From NCBI GenBank assembly GCA_965209055.1, contig OZ242374.1, positions 5,696,001 through 5,760,000 on the forward strand: DNA of 64,000 nt. The letters are read 5' to 3'. Within the stretch, counting starts at the first letter, position 1; every line of letters starts with the position of its first letter. The notes beneath the pieces were generated by a model, which saw only the letters and a list, made by a program, of their open reading frames with translations, had not been told where the DNA came from and did not search any database. The position numbers and the translations under genes are program-made. The stretch is from Acidobacteriota bacterium (GTDB taxonomy: Bacteria > Acidobacteriota > UBA6911 > RPQK01 > JAJDTT01). Positions 8,500-19,295 of this stretch are shown piece after piece.

Positions 8500-10023
8500 A
8501 TGAGAACGAGAATTTTGGCTGTCGTGGCGTGTCTCCTGACGGTTTCCCCGGGTGCGGCGGCCCCCGCGGAGCAGAGCCAAACCGAGGCGCCCGTGGAGAT
8601 CGGCACCCGATTGGAACTCTTCGTCGATCACTACCTGATCGATCGGCTGGAAGGAGCGCGCCTGACGCTGGGACGCCCCGAGCCGGCGGGAACCGTCCTG
8701 AAGGCGGACCGGCCCTGGGAGGGCCCCTTCAATTTCGGATACGAGGTGATCCGCGACGGCGGCATCTATCGCCTGTTTTACCGGGGCTGGTCCGAAGACG
8801 ATTCAGTAGTCGTCTGCTACGCCGAGAGCCGCGACGGCGTCCGCTGGGAGAAACCCAATCTGGGACTCGTGGACGTGGCGGGCACCCGGGAGAACAACGT
8901 CGTAGCCCTGATGGAGGAAACCGGCCTCAGTCCCATGTCCAGCCTCTATCCCTTCGTCGACTCCCGCCCCGGCGTGCCGGCCTCCGAGCGCGTGAAGGGA
9001 ATCCGCGCCATCCTCCAGTCCAAGGAACCCTTCCTCATGCACGTCTACCTGTACGGTTCCAAGGACTGGTTCCGGTGGAGCCGGTTGCGAGAGGAGCCCA
9101 TTATCGCGACCGGAATCCGCAATGCCTTCGACGCTTCCAACTATTTCTTCTGGTCACAGACGGAAGGACTCTACGTCTGCTACTTCCGCTACATGGTCAG
9201 CCGGCCCACCGACCCTTCTGCGACAGGACTCCGGTCCGTTCAGCGCGCCACCTCCCGGGACCTGATCCACTGGTCCGAGCCGAAGGGGATGATCTACAGC
9301 GATACCGGGACCGCCATACCCTCCGACCACCTGTATACCAACAACACGGAGCCCTATTTTCGAGCCCCCCATCTCTACGTGGGTCTGGCCGCCCGTTTCA
9401 TGAGCGGCCGGCGCGTCGTGACCGACGCCCAGTTGGACCGGATGCAGATGGCGTCACAAGGGGGGAATGTCTACTACGGGGACTGTTCGGACGCGGTCCT
9501 CTTGACGACCCGGCCCGGGACCACCCGGTTCGACCGGACCTTTCCGGAGGCCCTGGTGCGGCCGGGGCCGGGGCCGGAGAACTGGATCTCCCGGACCAAC
9601 TATCCGCTCAAGGGAGTCGTGCAGACGGGACCCGCGGAGATGTCTTTCTTCGTGAGCCGGCACTATGCCCAACCTTCCTGGCACATCGAGCGCTTGACCC
9701 TGCGCCTGGATGGATTCAGCTCGGTTCGGGCTCCCTACCAGGGAGGCGAGATGCTCACGAAACCCCTGGTCTTTTCGGGAAAACAGTTGGTGATCAACTA
9801 CGCCACCAGCGCCGCCGGAAGTCTTCGAGTGGAGGTTCAGGACATGGAAGGCCGCCCCTTCCCCGGACTCTCTCTGTCCGACTGCCCGGAGATCATCGGG
9901 GACGAGATCGAACGTCCGGTCACGTGGGAAGGCCGCCATGATCTGGGGCAGCTCTCGGGGAAGCCGGTTCGGCTCCGCTTCGTCATGAAGGATGCGGACC
10001 TCTACTCCATGAGGTTCCAATAG
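8500..10023 (+). CDS. Uncharacterised secreted propeller + C-terminal beta-sandwich protein (paralogue A)
   Basis: Signal peptide; family motifs IGTRLELFVD, PWEG, YAESRDGVRWEKPNLG, AFDAS, SRDLIHWS, LRLDGF, LSGKPVRLRFVMKDADLYS. Fold assignment (GH32/GH43-like five-bladed propeller) is inference. Confidence 0.85.
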   Translation: MRTRILAVVACLLTVSPGAAAPAEQSQTEAPVEIGTRLELFVDHYLIDRLEGARLTLGRPEPAGTVLKADRPWEGPFNFGYEVIRDGGIYRLFYRGWSEDDSVVVCYAESRDGVRWEKPNLGLVDVAGTRENNVVALMEETGLSPMSSLYPFVDSRPGVPASERVKGIRAILQSKEPFLMHVYLYGSKDWFRWSRLREEPIIATGIRNAFDASNYFFWSQTEGLYVCYFRYMVSRPTDPSATGLRSVQRATSRDLIHWSEPKGMIYSDTGTAIPSDHLYTNNTEPYFRAPHLYVGLAARFMSGRRVVTDAQLDRMQMASQGGNVYYGDCSDAVLLTTRPGTTRFDRTFPEALVRPGPGPENWISRTNYPLKGVVQTGPAEMSFFVSRHYAQPSWHIERLTLRLDGFSSVRAPYQGGEMLTKPLVFSGKQLVINYATSAAGSLRVEVQDMEGRPFPGLSLSDCPEIIGDEIERPVTWEGRHDLGQLSGKPVRLRFVMKDADLYSMRFQ

Positions 10024-10069
10024 AAGCCGTGTGATCGTGGCCCCGGGAAGCCGCGCCGCGGCTGCGGAC

Positions 10070-11440
10070 TCAGTACGCTTCCGTGAACCCGAACAACGGC
10101 GGGTTGCTCATCCACTTCCCCTGGGTGAACTCGGGGAAGTCCACCGGTGCGCTCGACCGCCGGATCGACTGCTCGGAGAGGGGCGAGATCGCCATCCAGG
10201 CCGCCATGTCGTAGACGTCGATGGGGGTGTTGATCTTCCGCTTGATGCACTCCTTGAAGGCCCGGAGCTCCAGAAAGTCGGTTCCGCCATGTCCTTTGCG
10301 GATTCCCGCGGCCAGGTAACTCTTCCATAGCGGATGTTCGTACCGCTCCTGAAACCGATCGAAGGATTGCCACCGGTGCCGTGGCTCCATGCCGTCCAGG
10401 TAGATCATGGACTTGTTCTTGGAACTGCCGTCTGCATCCTGCATCCAGATTCCTTTCGTACCCTGGACCACGTACAGAAAGGTGTTGGGCCGCGGCAGAC
10501 GAGTGTCGAACTTGATGACCACCGTCTCCTCATTGGCACACTTGATGGTGGTGGTGACCAGATCCCCCTGTTTCCAGGCAATGTCTCGACGCGGGTGACC
10601 GGGAGGAAGATTGTCCTGGGCCCATTTGCGCAAGCCTCGTGACTTGGTCGCCATAGAGGTCAGGTACTCGAAACGGTTCCCCCGCTGAATGTTCAGACTA
10701 TGGGCGATGGGGCCGATGCTGTGGGTGGGATAGAGCTCTCCGTTACGGTATTGGTTGTGCGTGGAGCGGTAGTCCCCTTCCCCCTTTGGAGTGGGGCCCG
10801 TGCCCTTTCCCAGGACCAGGCGTTCGCGCAGATCATGGGCATACCCGCACTGGCAGTGGATCAGTTCCCCGAACACACCCTCGCGGACCATTCTGAGGAT
10901 CGCCATGTTGTATCGCGCATAGCAGTTATTCTCCAGGAGCATGCAGGGAACCCGGGTCTCCTCGTAGGTCTCCACCAGGTTCCAGCACTCTTCGATGGAG
11001 TTGGCCGGACCGACTTCGACTCCCGCGTAGATTCCGGCCTTCATGGAATCGATGGCCATGGGGATGTGCAGTTCCCAGGGCGTTGCGATGACGACACCGT
11101 CGAGGTCGTCCCGTTGCAACAACTCGAGGTAGGAACTCTCATCCTCTCCGTAGCCCTCGGGACGTGGGCGGCCCGACGACTGGACCCGGGCCTGAGCCCG
11201 GCGCAGGTTGTCGGGGGCGATGTCGCAAACCGCCGGTATGCTCACGTCGGAAAACCGCAGACACAGCCTGAGCAGATTCGATCCCCGGCCCCCTACGCCG
11301 ATGAATCCGAGGCTGACCTTGCGGTCATCGGCGCCTTTGAGGACGGCGGGCTTCAGACCGACGCCGAGACCGGCGGCGGACACCTGCTTGAGAAAACTTC
11401 GGCGGTCGGACGGCGGGGCGCTCCTGTTCGGTCGGTTCAT
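10070..11440 (-). CDS. GH109 NAD+-dependent glycosidase (alpha-N-acetylgalactosaminidase-like), Tat-exported
   Basis: DRRSFL Tat motif, IGVGGRG, IATPWELH, GVEV, MLLENNCY, GYAHDLR, LYPTHSIGP, GHGGTDF, DVYD. Start reset to ATG 11440. Confidence 0.88.
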   Translation of the reverse strand: MNRPNRSAPPSDRRSFLKQVSAAGLGVGLKPAVLKGADDRKVSLGFIGVGGRGSNLLRLCLRFSDVSIPAVCDIAPDNLRRAQARVQSSGRPRPEGYGEDESSYLELLQRDDLDGVVIATPWELHIPMAIDSMKAGIYAGVEVGPANSIEECWNLVETYEETRVPCMLLENNCYARYNMAILRMVREGVFGELIHCQCGYAHDLRERLVLGKGTGPTPKGEGDYRSTHNQYRNGELYPTHSIGPIAHSLNIQRGNRFEYLTSMATKSRGLRKWAQDNLPPGHPRRDIAWKQGDLVTTTIKCANEETVVIKFDTRLPRPNTFLYVVQGTKGIWMQDADGSSKNKSMIYLDGMEPRHRWQSFDRFQERYEHPLWKSYLAAGIRKGHGGTDFLELRAFKECIKRKINTPIDVYDMAAWMAISPLSEQSIRRSSAPVDFPEFTQGKWMSNPPLFGFTEAY

Positions 11441-11660
11441 CCTCTTCCTCCTGGTCCGGGCGAGACCTCTTCCCGGCGGCAGGGCCGGCGGTCCGTGGCG
11501 AATGCCGCGGCGCCCCCACCGGATCCGAATCCGGGCAGCCCGGGTTGCTTCCGGATCACATATGATCGAACATGCCCGTTCGACAGGCCTTGTCCGGCGG
11601 GCCGAGCTCCGGTCTCGGTGCTCCGCGGGACTTCTGCCACGGACCGGCACGGGAGCACCA

Positions 11661-12117
11661 ATGGCTCGAAGACCCGCCACTCTGGCACTTTTGCTCTGCG
11701 CCCTGTTCACGGCAGCCCGATCGGATCCTGCCTTGGCCGCCCCGCCTTCCGGACGGGGGGAGCCCACGAGAACAATTCTGCGATTCTCCAATTGTCGGGT
11801 CCTGTTCGACCGCGTCCAACAAGACTATCCCACCTGTGGTGCCTCTTTCCTGTACCGGAAGGGAACGCTGGAACTCATTTTCCTCCGTCCCACGGAAGAC
11901 GGCCGGGGCCACGAGACATTCCTGACTCGCAGTGACGACCTGGGAAAGACCTGGTCCGATCCCGTCTCATTCGGTCCGCCGGTGGGAGAGCCGGATGTTC
12001 TACGAGATGGAGGCTGCTGGCCCCGGCCAGCCATCCGGACTACCGTCCGGTAAGGAAACAATAGAGCCGGTTCCAGGTGCCGGGAACCTCAGCTCTCTTG
12101 AGGAGAACCGCCCATGA
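11661..12117 (+). pseudogene. Truncated BNR/Asp-box (sialidase-like) secreted protein
   Basis: Signal peptide and a single Asp-box (RSDDLGKTWS), then a stop at 12053 after ~130 aa. A second frame ends at 12117, overlapping the sulfatase start (ATGA), which suggests an internal deletion. Confidence 0.6.
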
Positions 12118-13574
12118 CGCTCCGAACGATCGTCCCTTTACTGGCGTTCTTTGTCGTCGGGGCTGCGGTCGCGCAAGAGAACACGCGGCCGAACTTCCTG
12201 ATCGTGCTGGCGGATGATCTGGGTTACGGCGATCTGGCTGGTTACGGTCATCCCAAGATCAAGACGCCCAACCTGGACCGGTTGGCGCGCGAAGGACTGC
12301 GGTTGACGAGCTGTTACGCGGCGGCGCCGAATTGCTCCCCGGCGCGGACCGGGTTCATGACGGGGCGAACGCCCTATCGGGCCGGCGTGCACAACTGGAT
12401 TCCCATGTTCTCTCCCATGCACGTCCGGAGGGAAGAGATCACGGTCGCGACGCTGCTGCGGAACGCTGGATACGACACCTGTCACGTCGGCAAATGGCAT
12501 CTTAACGGCGACTTCAATCTGCCCACTCAACCGCAACCCTCGGATCATGGCTTCAACTACTGGTTTTCCACGCAGAACAATGCCCTGCCGAATCACCGCA
12601 ATCCCGACAACTTCGTCCGCAACGGCAAACCGGCCGGACAACTCGAGGGCTATGCCGCGCCGCTGGTGACCGACGAGGCCATTCACTGGCTGAAAGAAGT
12701 CCGGGACAAGACGAAGCCGTTCTTCATGTATGTCTGCTATCACGAGCCGCACGAGCCGATCGCGAGCGACAAGCGGTTCGCCGATCTCTATCCTTCCGGC
12801 GACCCCAGCTATCGAGCTCATCACGGCAACATCACGCAACTCGACGATTCCTTTGGGAGGCTGGCCGAGACCATCGACGAGCTTGGTTTGCGCGACAACA
12901 CCTTCGTCGTTTTTACCAGCGACAACGGACCGGCGATCACGGGAATCCACCCGCACGGATCGGCGGGACCCTTGCGCGGCAAGAAGGGGTATCTCTACGA
13001 GGGCGGCATCCGCGTCCCGGGCATCATCCGCTGGCCGGGACATGTCAAGGCGGGGTCCGAGTCGGACGTTCCCGTCAGCGGCGTCGATCTGCTGCCGACG
13101 CTCTGCGATCTCGCCGGAGTGTCCGTGCCCGGACGCCGTACTCTCGACGGTGTCAGCATTCGACCCCTGCTGGCGGGAGCGCCGCTTGAGCGGACGACGC
13201 CACTCTATTGGCACTTCCTGCGGGCTCGTGGAAAGCCCAAAGTCGCCATGCGCGCCGGGGACTGGAAGATCCTGGCGCACCTGGACCAACCCGACCTGCG
13301 AGTCACGGCCGACATCGTGCCCGACGAGATGCGGATGCTGAAGACCGCGAGGCTGGCGCGGTTCGAGCTGTACAACCTTCGCGTCGACATTGGCGAAACC
13401 CGGGATTTGGCGGAACGAGAGCCGCAGCAACTGGCCAGACTTGCAGATCAATTGCGGTCGATGTACGCCGATGTCCAGGCGGAGAGCCCGGTGTGGCCGG
13501 CCTGGAAGTGGCCCCGATACGAGGCGCAGCGAATCGAGTGGCCTCCATACCGCAATCGGCCCAGGAACAAGTAA
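12114..13574 (+). CDS. Sulfatase (S1 family), secreted
   Basis: PNFLIVLADDLGYGD, NCSPARTGFMTG, GKWHL, HEPH, TSDNG, YEGGIRVP. Confidence 0.95.
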   Translation: MTLRTIVPLLAFFVVGAAVAQENTRPNFLIVLADDLGYGDLAGYGHPKIKTPNLDRLAREGLRLTSCYAAAPNCSPARTGFMTGRTPYRAGVHNWIPMFSPMHVRREEITVATLLRNAGYDTCHVGKWHLNGDFNLPTQPQPSDHGFNYWFSTQNNALPNHRNPDNFVRNGKPAGQLEGYAAPLVTDEAIHWLKEVRDKTKPFFMYVCYHEPHEPIASDKRFADLYPSGDPSYRAHHGNITQLDDSFGRLAETIDELGLRDNTFVVFTSDNGPAITGIHPHGSAGPLRGKKGYLYEGGIRVPGIIRWPGHVKAGSESDVPVSGVDLLPTLCDLAGVSVPGRRTLDGVSIRPLLAGAPLERTTPLYWHFLRARGKPKVAMRAGDWKILAHLDQPDLRVTADIVPDEMRMLKTARLARFELYNLRVDIGETRDLAEREPQQLARLADQLRSMYADVQAESPVWPAWKWPRYEAQRIEWPPYRNRPRNK

Positions 13575-13656
13575 GACCGTTCGGTAGCCACCCGGTTCTT
13601 CAAAATGGACTGGCGTCCCGGCACTCACCAGGCTTGGGCCTCCAGGCTCGAATGGA

Positions 13657-15111
13657 CTACCACTCCAGACGGCTGTCGTCCGGGCCGAGTTCTCCGGGCC
13701 CCCGAATTCCCCGACCTTTTCGTTGGGTGAGCTTGTCTCCCAGCTCGTCCCGCATCCGGACCGCGTACCGCCGCAGCCGCTCAACGATCTCCGGATGCTC
13801 CGGAGCAAGGTCGGAGACCTCCCCCACGTCTTGCTTCAGGTCGAACAGTTCCAGTCCGGTCTCGGCCTGATCGTAGGGGACCGGGTAGCCGCCGGTCCCT
13901 CCGGCCCGGCCCGACAGCGTTCGGTACTGGTGAGGAAAGTGGAGCTTCCAGCGGCGGTCCCGCACGGTCTGCAGTTGGCCGTTCCGGTAGTAGGAAAAGA
14001 AGGCCTCGTGAGGCGAGCGAGCCCCGGGTTCCGCGAACATCAGGGAGCGGATGTCCCTCCCGTCAATCTTGTGCCCGGGCAGCTCCGCGCCGATCAGAGC
14101 CGCGACCGTCGGAAAGACATCGATGGTAGAGGCCAGTTCGTTGCACTCCGTTCCCGCCGGGATCCGCCCCGGCCAGCGCATCAGGGTGGGGACCCGGATT
14201 CCCCCTTCGAACGACGTGCCCTTGCCCTCCCGCAGCGGAGCCGCAGACCCGGCATGATCCCCGTAGCTGAGCCAGGGCCCGTTGTCGGAAGTGAAGATCG
14301 TCAGGGTGTGCCGGTCCAGGTTGGTGCGTTCCAGGGCATCGAGGATCTGTCCCACCGACCAGTCGATCTCCATGACCACGTCGCCGTACAGGCCCCGTCC
14401 GCTGCGGCCCTTGAACTTGTCGGAGACGTAGAGCGGCACATGGACCATGCTGTGGGGCAGGTACAACAGAAAGGGGCGATCGCGGTTCCGCTCGATGAAA
14501 TCCACGGCGCGCTCGGTGTACTTGGCCGTGAGCCGACTCTGGTCCTGCCCCGTGACCCTGGGATTGATGACCTGATTGCCCTCGATCAGGGGCAGATCGG
14601 GAAAGCGATCCCCGGCGGTGGGGTGCTCGGGCCACATGTCATTGGAATAGGGCAGGCCGTAGTATTCGTCGAAACCGTTCTGCAGCGGCAGGAACTTGGG
14701 ATGGTGGCCCAGGTGCCATTTCCCGAAGCACGCCGTGGCGTAGCCCCGGCTTCGACACAGTTCCCCGAGGGTGACTTCCCGGGGGTGGATGCCGATGTGG
14801 GAACTCGGCCCCAGAGCCCCCGACAAGCCGATCCGGCGGTGATAGCAGCCGGTCATCAAGGCGGCCCGGGACGCCGTGCATACCGCGGATGAAACCTGGA
14901 AATCCGTGAACCGCATGCCCTCCGCCGCCATGCGGTCCAGATTGGGAGTCGGGTAACCCTGGGCGCCGAAGGGGCCGATATCGGCGTAGCCCATGTCGTC
15001 AATGAAGACCAGAACGATGTTGGGCGGGCGGGCCTCCGAAGGATCCGGTGGGCGGGTTTGCGAACAACCGCAGAGCGAGATCACCGCCGCCGGCAACAAA
15101 CCCCGGAGCAT
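13657..15111 (-). CDS. Arylsulfatase A-like sulfatase, lipoprotein
   Basis: Lipobox LCGC; [54 protein letters not shown]. Start reset to ATG 15111. Confidence 0.94.
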   Translation of the reverse strand: MLRGLLPAAVISLCGCSQTRPPDPSEARPPNIVLVFIDDMGYADIGPFGAQGYPTPNLDRMAAEGMRFTDFQVSSAVCTASRAALMTGCYHRRIGLSGALGPSSHIGIHPREVTLGELCRSRGYATACFGKWHLGHHPKFLPLQNGFDEYYGLPYSNDMWPEHPTAGDRFPDLPLIEGNQVINPRVTGQDQSRLTAKYTERAVDFIERNRDRPFLLYLPHSMVHVPLYVSDKFKGRSGRGLYGDVVMEIDWSVGQILDALERTNLDRHTLTIFTSDNGPWLSYGDHAGSAAPLREGKGTSFEGGIRVPTLMRWPGRIPAGTECNELASTIDVFPTVAALIGAELPGHKIDGRDIRSLMFAEPGARSPHEAFFSYYRNGQLQTVRDRRWKLHFPHQYRTLSGRAGGTGGYPVPYDQAETGLELFDLKQDVGEVSDLAPEHPEIVERLRRYAVRMRDELGDKLTQRKGRGIRGPGELGPDDSRLEW

Positions 15112-15257
15112 TCTGGAATAAGATCTCAACACGAGTCCGGACATCGGAATGAAGAGTTTGCAGCAACGTTCCCGGGCCGCCTTGACAGGCGAATTTCGAG
15201 AAAAAGCATACTCTTGACTCAAGTCCAGGGATACGCCTGATACCATTTCGAACAATT

Positions 15258-16475
15258 GTGAGCCTGCTCCTTCCCACAACCGTCGCGTGCCTGCTGATCA
15301 CCGGCATGGGTCTTGCCCTCGTGGGCAGCGTGAAACTGGCGCTGGCGGAAAAGCTCCGGATCGACGAGGGCCGGGTCGGCGGATTGGTGTCGCTTTTCGG
15401 CTTCACCACAATCCCGGTGATCCTCACCGCCGGCTTCCTGACCGATCTGATGGGACGGCAGGTGGTCCTGGTCGGCGGCACCGCCCTGATGGTGCTGGGC
15501 CTCTTGACGCTGGCGGCCTCGCACCGCTATGCCACGGCCCTGGTTTCGGTGCTTCTGCTCGGTGCCGCCTGGGCGGCGCAGATCAACGTGATCAATGTGT
15601 TGGTGCCCCACGTGCTGAAGCCTCCCGCCTTTCTCTCCGGGGATATTCCGGCGATCTCCTTTGCCACGAACCTGGGAAACGTCTTCTTCGGCCTGGGGGC
15701 ATTCCTGACTCCGCTGTCGGTCTCGTGGGCCCTCGGCCGCCTGGGACTCGCTCCGGGCCTTCGACTGCTGGCGGGACTCGTCGCCCTCCAGGCCGTGATG
15801 GCAGGATTCTCCGACCTTCCGGCCGCAATGTCGGCGGGAGGGGGAGGCAGCGTATTGGGTCCGGAGACCTGGTCCCTGCTGGGAGATCCCATCATGTGGC
15901 TCTGCTCCATGGCGCTGTTCTTCCACGGTCCCCTGGAGGCGGCGATGGGCACTTGGACCACCACCTTCCTGGGGGACCGGGGGGTTTCCGAGGCCCGGGC
16001 GGCGAAACTGCTGTCGGCGTTTTGGCTGGCCTACATGGCGTCGCGCCTGTTCACCGCATTCGTGCTGGGACCGTTTACCGCGCGATTCGTCTCCGGACTG
16101 GGACTGGGAGCCCCGAGCGAAGCAGTGCTGATCCTGGTCCTGGCGCTGGGCTGCATCGGGGTCACCTCGGGCGTTGTCCGCAGCCGGACCCGGCGGTCGG
16201 CGACCGCTCTCGTCATCGCGGCGGGCCTGATCTTCGGCCCGATCTTTCCTTCAATCATGGCTCTGCTGCTCGGCCATTTTCCGGGGCCGGTCCAGGGACG
16301 CGCTGTCGGGCTCCTGTTTGCCATCAGCGGCCTGGGCTGGACCTTCATCCCCATGGCCATCGGCGCCTACGCCCAGCGGACGAACGTGCAGAGGGGTTTC
16401 CTGATCGCCGTCGGATCGGCCATCGGCCTGTTCCTGGTGGCGGCGCTCCTGACCCTCGCGGCCACCGGCCGCTGA
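15258..16475 (+). CDS. MFS transporter (FucP/TsgA-like sugar permease)
   Basis: 405 aa with about 12 hydrophobic segments; motif [11 protein letters not shown]; [17 protein letters not shown]. Confidence 0.88.
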   Translation: MSLLLPTTVACLLITGMGLALVGSVKLALAEKLRIDEGRVGGLVSLFGFTTIPVILTAGFLTDLMGRQVVLVGGTALMVLGLLTLAASHRYATALVSVLLLGAAWAAQINVINVLVPHVLKPPAFLSGDIPAISFATNLGNVFFGLGAFLTPLSVSWALGRLGLAPGLRLLAGLVALQAVMAGFSDLPAAMSAGGGGSVLGPETWSLLGDPIMWLCSMALFFHGPLEAAMGTWTTTFLGDRGVSEARAAKLLSAFWLAYMASRLFTAFVLGPFTARFVSGLGLGAPSEAVLILVLALGCIGVTSGVVRSRTRRSATALVIAAGLIFGPIFPSIMALLLGHFPGPVQGRAVGLLFAISGLGWTFIPMAIGAYAQRTNVQRGFLIAVGSAIGLFLVAALLTLAATGR

Positions 16476-16533
16476 GTGCGGAGCTGGATCCCGGCCGATC
16501 TGAATCTCGATGAGCCCACCGGCCAATGATTAA

Positions 16534-17237
16534 ATGAAGCCGATGGATCTGAAGGGCTCGATGGAGCTGGCCGGCCGAAACCTGGTGGCGAACCTCTGTT
16601 CCACACGCCACTACCTCCCCTATTGGGCCATAGAAATCGACGCCGGTTACGGAGCCTGCGCACGCTTCAGTTGGCCCCAGCACAACGTCGGCCGTTGGTG
16701 GGATGCGATGCTGCGGCTGGAGGCCGCCACCGGATTCCGGATTCCGCCCGATCGGGAATCCGCCATGCTGGGCAATCTGCACTCCTTTTTCGACAATCCG
16801 GATCATTCTCCGTCACACAACCCATCCCGACGGCCGTCTGAACCTGGCTTCCGGAACGGATCACACCCATTCGTATCTCGGGACCCTCCGGGGACTGCTG
16901 TTTTACGGCGAGCTCACGGATCAGCATCGTTACGTCGATGCGGTGGAGGCGACCTATCGGAGGACGGTGCGGAAACTGGTCAAGAAATCGGGGTTCATCT
17001 CCCATGACCTGGGGAAGGACAACCGCGGAGAAACGGCTTCCGCTGGCGACGCCGCCCAACTGGCTCTTTGGCTGGCAACCCGTCACGGATTCACCGAGTA
17101 CCTCGACGACCACGACTGCGGACCTGTCGGACCTGGCCGGCACGGCGGTGGTGCTGAGGTTCCACCTGGATGGGAACGCCCGCCTCTACTCCTATCGATT
17201 CGGACATCCCGACCCCCATCTGCGCGGGTCCGACTGA
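16534..17237 (+). pseudogene. Three-frame chimeric remnant: two parts of a GH127-like (alpha/alpha)6 protein plus the C-terminal tail of a propeller-family gene
   Basis: Frame 1 (to ~16806): HNVGRWWDAMLRLE..FFDNPDH. Frame 2 (~16810-17110): DHTHSYLGTLRGLLFYGELT..RGETASAGD..EYLDD. Frame 3 (~17110-17237): DLSDLAGTAVVLRFHLDGNARLYSYRFG, matching the C-terminus of paralogues A-F. The GH127 assignment is tentative. Confidence 0.65.
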
Positions 17238-17311
17238 CAGAGGGGAACGACTAGTGTCGCGCCCGACGGGAAACCAGGAGGCGCCCCACCGTCCAAATTG
17301 GGCGTTCGGCG

Positions 17312-18943
17312 CTACTCCTCCAGGAATCGGAAGGAGAAGAGAAGGGCGTTCTTCAGGTAGAATTTGAGCTTGACGACTTGACCCTCCAAGCCGCTCAGTT
17401 GGCTGCGGCCGTTCCAAGCGGCGATCCCGGTTCGCGTCAGGGGATCCGATTCCTGAAATGTGTGTCCCCGGATCCGGAAGTGATCCCCAGCCAGGATCTC
17501 CACCCGGACCTCCCCGGAGCCGGACTTCGAACCCCTCGCCATGCTGACCTCGAGACGCTTGCCGGAGAACGAAAACGCCCGCGTAATCACCTGGGCGTAG
17601 CCCTCGGCGCCATCCGTCCGGGCGGAGTCCCGGATCGAGCCCAACGCCCTGGCGTTGTAGCCGGCTCCTGCTTCGGTCGCTCCAGGTTCCAGGGAGACGA
17701 ATCCGTCCTTCGGAATCGTGGCCACTCCCATGGCGCCCATGGGTCCGGGGCCGCCGACCTCGCGAAAGAGGCGATCCCGGAAGTTGGTGCCGTGGTAGTA
17801 GATCAGGAAACGGTCCCCATGGAGAATGGGTTGCTGGGCGTAGATGGTCACGGAGTCCCAGGCCGGCTCTTCTCCCAGCGGAATGAAGGGCTCCCGGTAG
17901 CGCCGGTCCCAGTGAATCCCGTCACGGCTGAAGACGAACTGCGACCAGATATAGAGGGGATCCTCGGGAGTCCTCTGACCGGGCCGATAGTTCCAAAGCA
18001 TCCCCAGGTAGAGTCCTTCATGGGTGGTGGCCCACATGCTGTAGAAATGCAGCCCTGCCGGGTCCCGGTCGTCGGGGACGATAATGGTCTGGGGATCGGA
18101 CCAGTGAACCAGGTCCCGGCTTTCGGCTCTCCCGATGAGCCGCATCCGCAGCCCGCAACGCTTGTGCTGGCAGTTCTCCATGTGCATGGCATAGACCTGA
18201 CGGATCGGGTCCCAACCGACGGTGGCCGTCGGTCCCCACAGGTAGCTCTGGTACCCCCTCCGCCTGGTCCAGGGCTCGCCTTCGGGATTGACCTTGGCGG
18301 GTCCCGAGGGACGAATCACGGGGTTGCCCGGGTGGGGCACCCAGTTGAAGGCGTCACCCGAGTAGTAGAGGTTCCAGACCTGGGTCCGCTTGACGTCCGA
18401 CTGTCCGGGGACGGTCCCTTCGGCTGCCACCTGGGCCAGCGCCTTGTAGCGGCGTGAAGGGTCCTGCTCGCGCGGATCCACGAAGATGCCGCCCTTGATG
18501 GAAGGCCAGTTTTTGGGCGCCAGGATGTTGTTGTCCCGGGACCCCTGGAACTCCACGAAGCCCAGCGAGGGCTTTTCCCACCGGTAGCCGTCCCGGGATT
18601 CGGCGTACAGGATCTTCCGGTCCTTGCCGTCCGGTTTTCCATCTTCGTCAGCGTACAGGACATGGGAGGTGTACCACATGCGAAACCGTTGGCGGGCCTC
18701 ATCGTAGAAGACGGTGCCGTAGTGCAGAGACTGCCCCTCCCAGGGACGGTCCTGGCGGATGACCGGATTGCCCTCATGCTTCCGGGCGGTATGGAAGACG
18801 CGGCGGGCGTCCACCAGACCCTCGACCAGGGTGTCGTCCAGAAACATCTGCTTCTGGGAACCGACGTGGATGAGCCCGGGAGGACCGGCCTGAACCGCAG
18901 CGCCCAGCCAGGCGAAGAACGCCAGGAAGAATCGATTCCGCAT
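17312..18943 (-). CDS. Uncharacterised secreted propeller + beta-sandwich protein (paralogue B, HMExCxHxRC subfamily)
   Basis: Signal peptide; KQMFLDD, DRPWEG, YAESRDGYRWEKPSLG, RDNN, SRDLVHWS, SRDGIHW, KDGFVSL, LEGQVVKLKFYLKNALLFSF. Start ATG 18943. Confidence 0.85.
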   Translation of the reverse strand: MRNRFFLAFFAWLGAAVQAGPPGLIHVGSQKQMFLDDTLVEGLVDARRVFHTARKHEGNPVIRQDRPWEGQSLHYGTVFYDEARQRFRMWYTSHVLYADEDGKPDGKDRKILYAESRDGYRWEKPSLGFVEFQGSRDNNILAPKNWPSIKGGIFVDPREQDPSRRYKALAQVAAEGTVPGQSDVKRTQVWNLYYSGDAFNWVPHPGNPVIRPSGPAKVNPEGEPWTRRRGYQSYLWGPTATVGWDPIRQVYAMHMENCQHKRCGLRMRLIGRAESRDLVHWSDPQTIIVPDDRDPAGLHFYSMWATTHEGLYLGMLWNYRPGQRTPEDPLYIWSQFVFSRDGIHWDRRYREPFIPLGEEPAWDSVTIYAQQPILHGDRFLIYYHGTNFRDRLFREVGGPGPMGAMGVATIPKDGFVSLEPGATEAGAGYNARALGSIRDSARTDGAEGYAQVITRAFSFSGKRLEVSMARGSKSGSGEVRVEILAGDHFRIRGHTFQESDPLTRTGIAAWNGRSQLSGLEGQVVKLKFYLKNALLFSFRFLEE

Positions 18944-19295
18944 TGTTGGTTCCTTTCGAGTCGGACCGAAGTGTTCCGATGCGGACTTCAAGGGGGGGTT
19001 GTGCTGCCACCCGTAATGGTAGGATAGCAGGAACCAGAGCCTCTGACACCGTGCATGAGGGACCTCTCATTGCCGCTTTTCCATTGACGCCGGCCGGGTC
19101 AGGGCCGGGGGCGAGGCAGGCCCGGAAAAACGGTCGGCCGGTGCCACCGGACGGACCGTAGTCGGATCCGGCGGAGCGCTGAAACAGGCCGGTCTTTCCG
19201 GAAGAAATTGAAAGGGAGAGCGTGCTCGATTCTGGTCATCCGGCATGGAGGGCTCTCCGGCGAAGAGGGACATCAAGAGAATCGGAGGAAGCACT

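Noticed and set aside
11566-11583. LexA (Cheo) box
   Set aside because: The spacer is 6 bp rather than the 4 bp of CGAAC-N4-GTTCG, and the flanking genes are not SOS genes; kept only as a generic palindrome.
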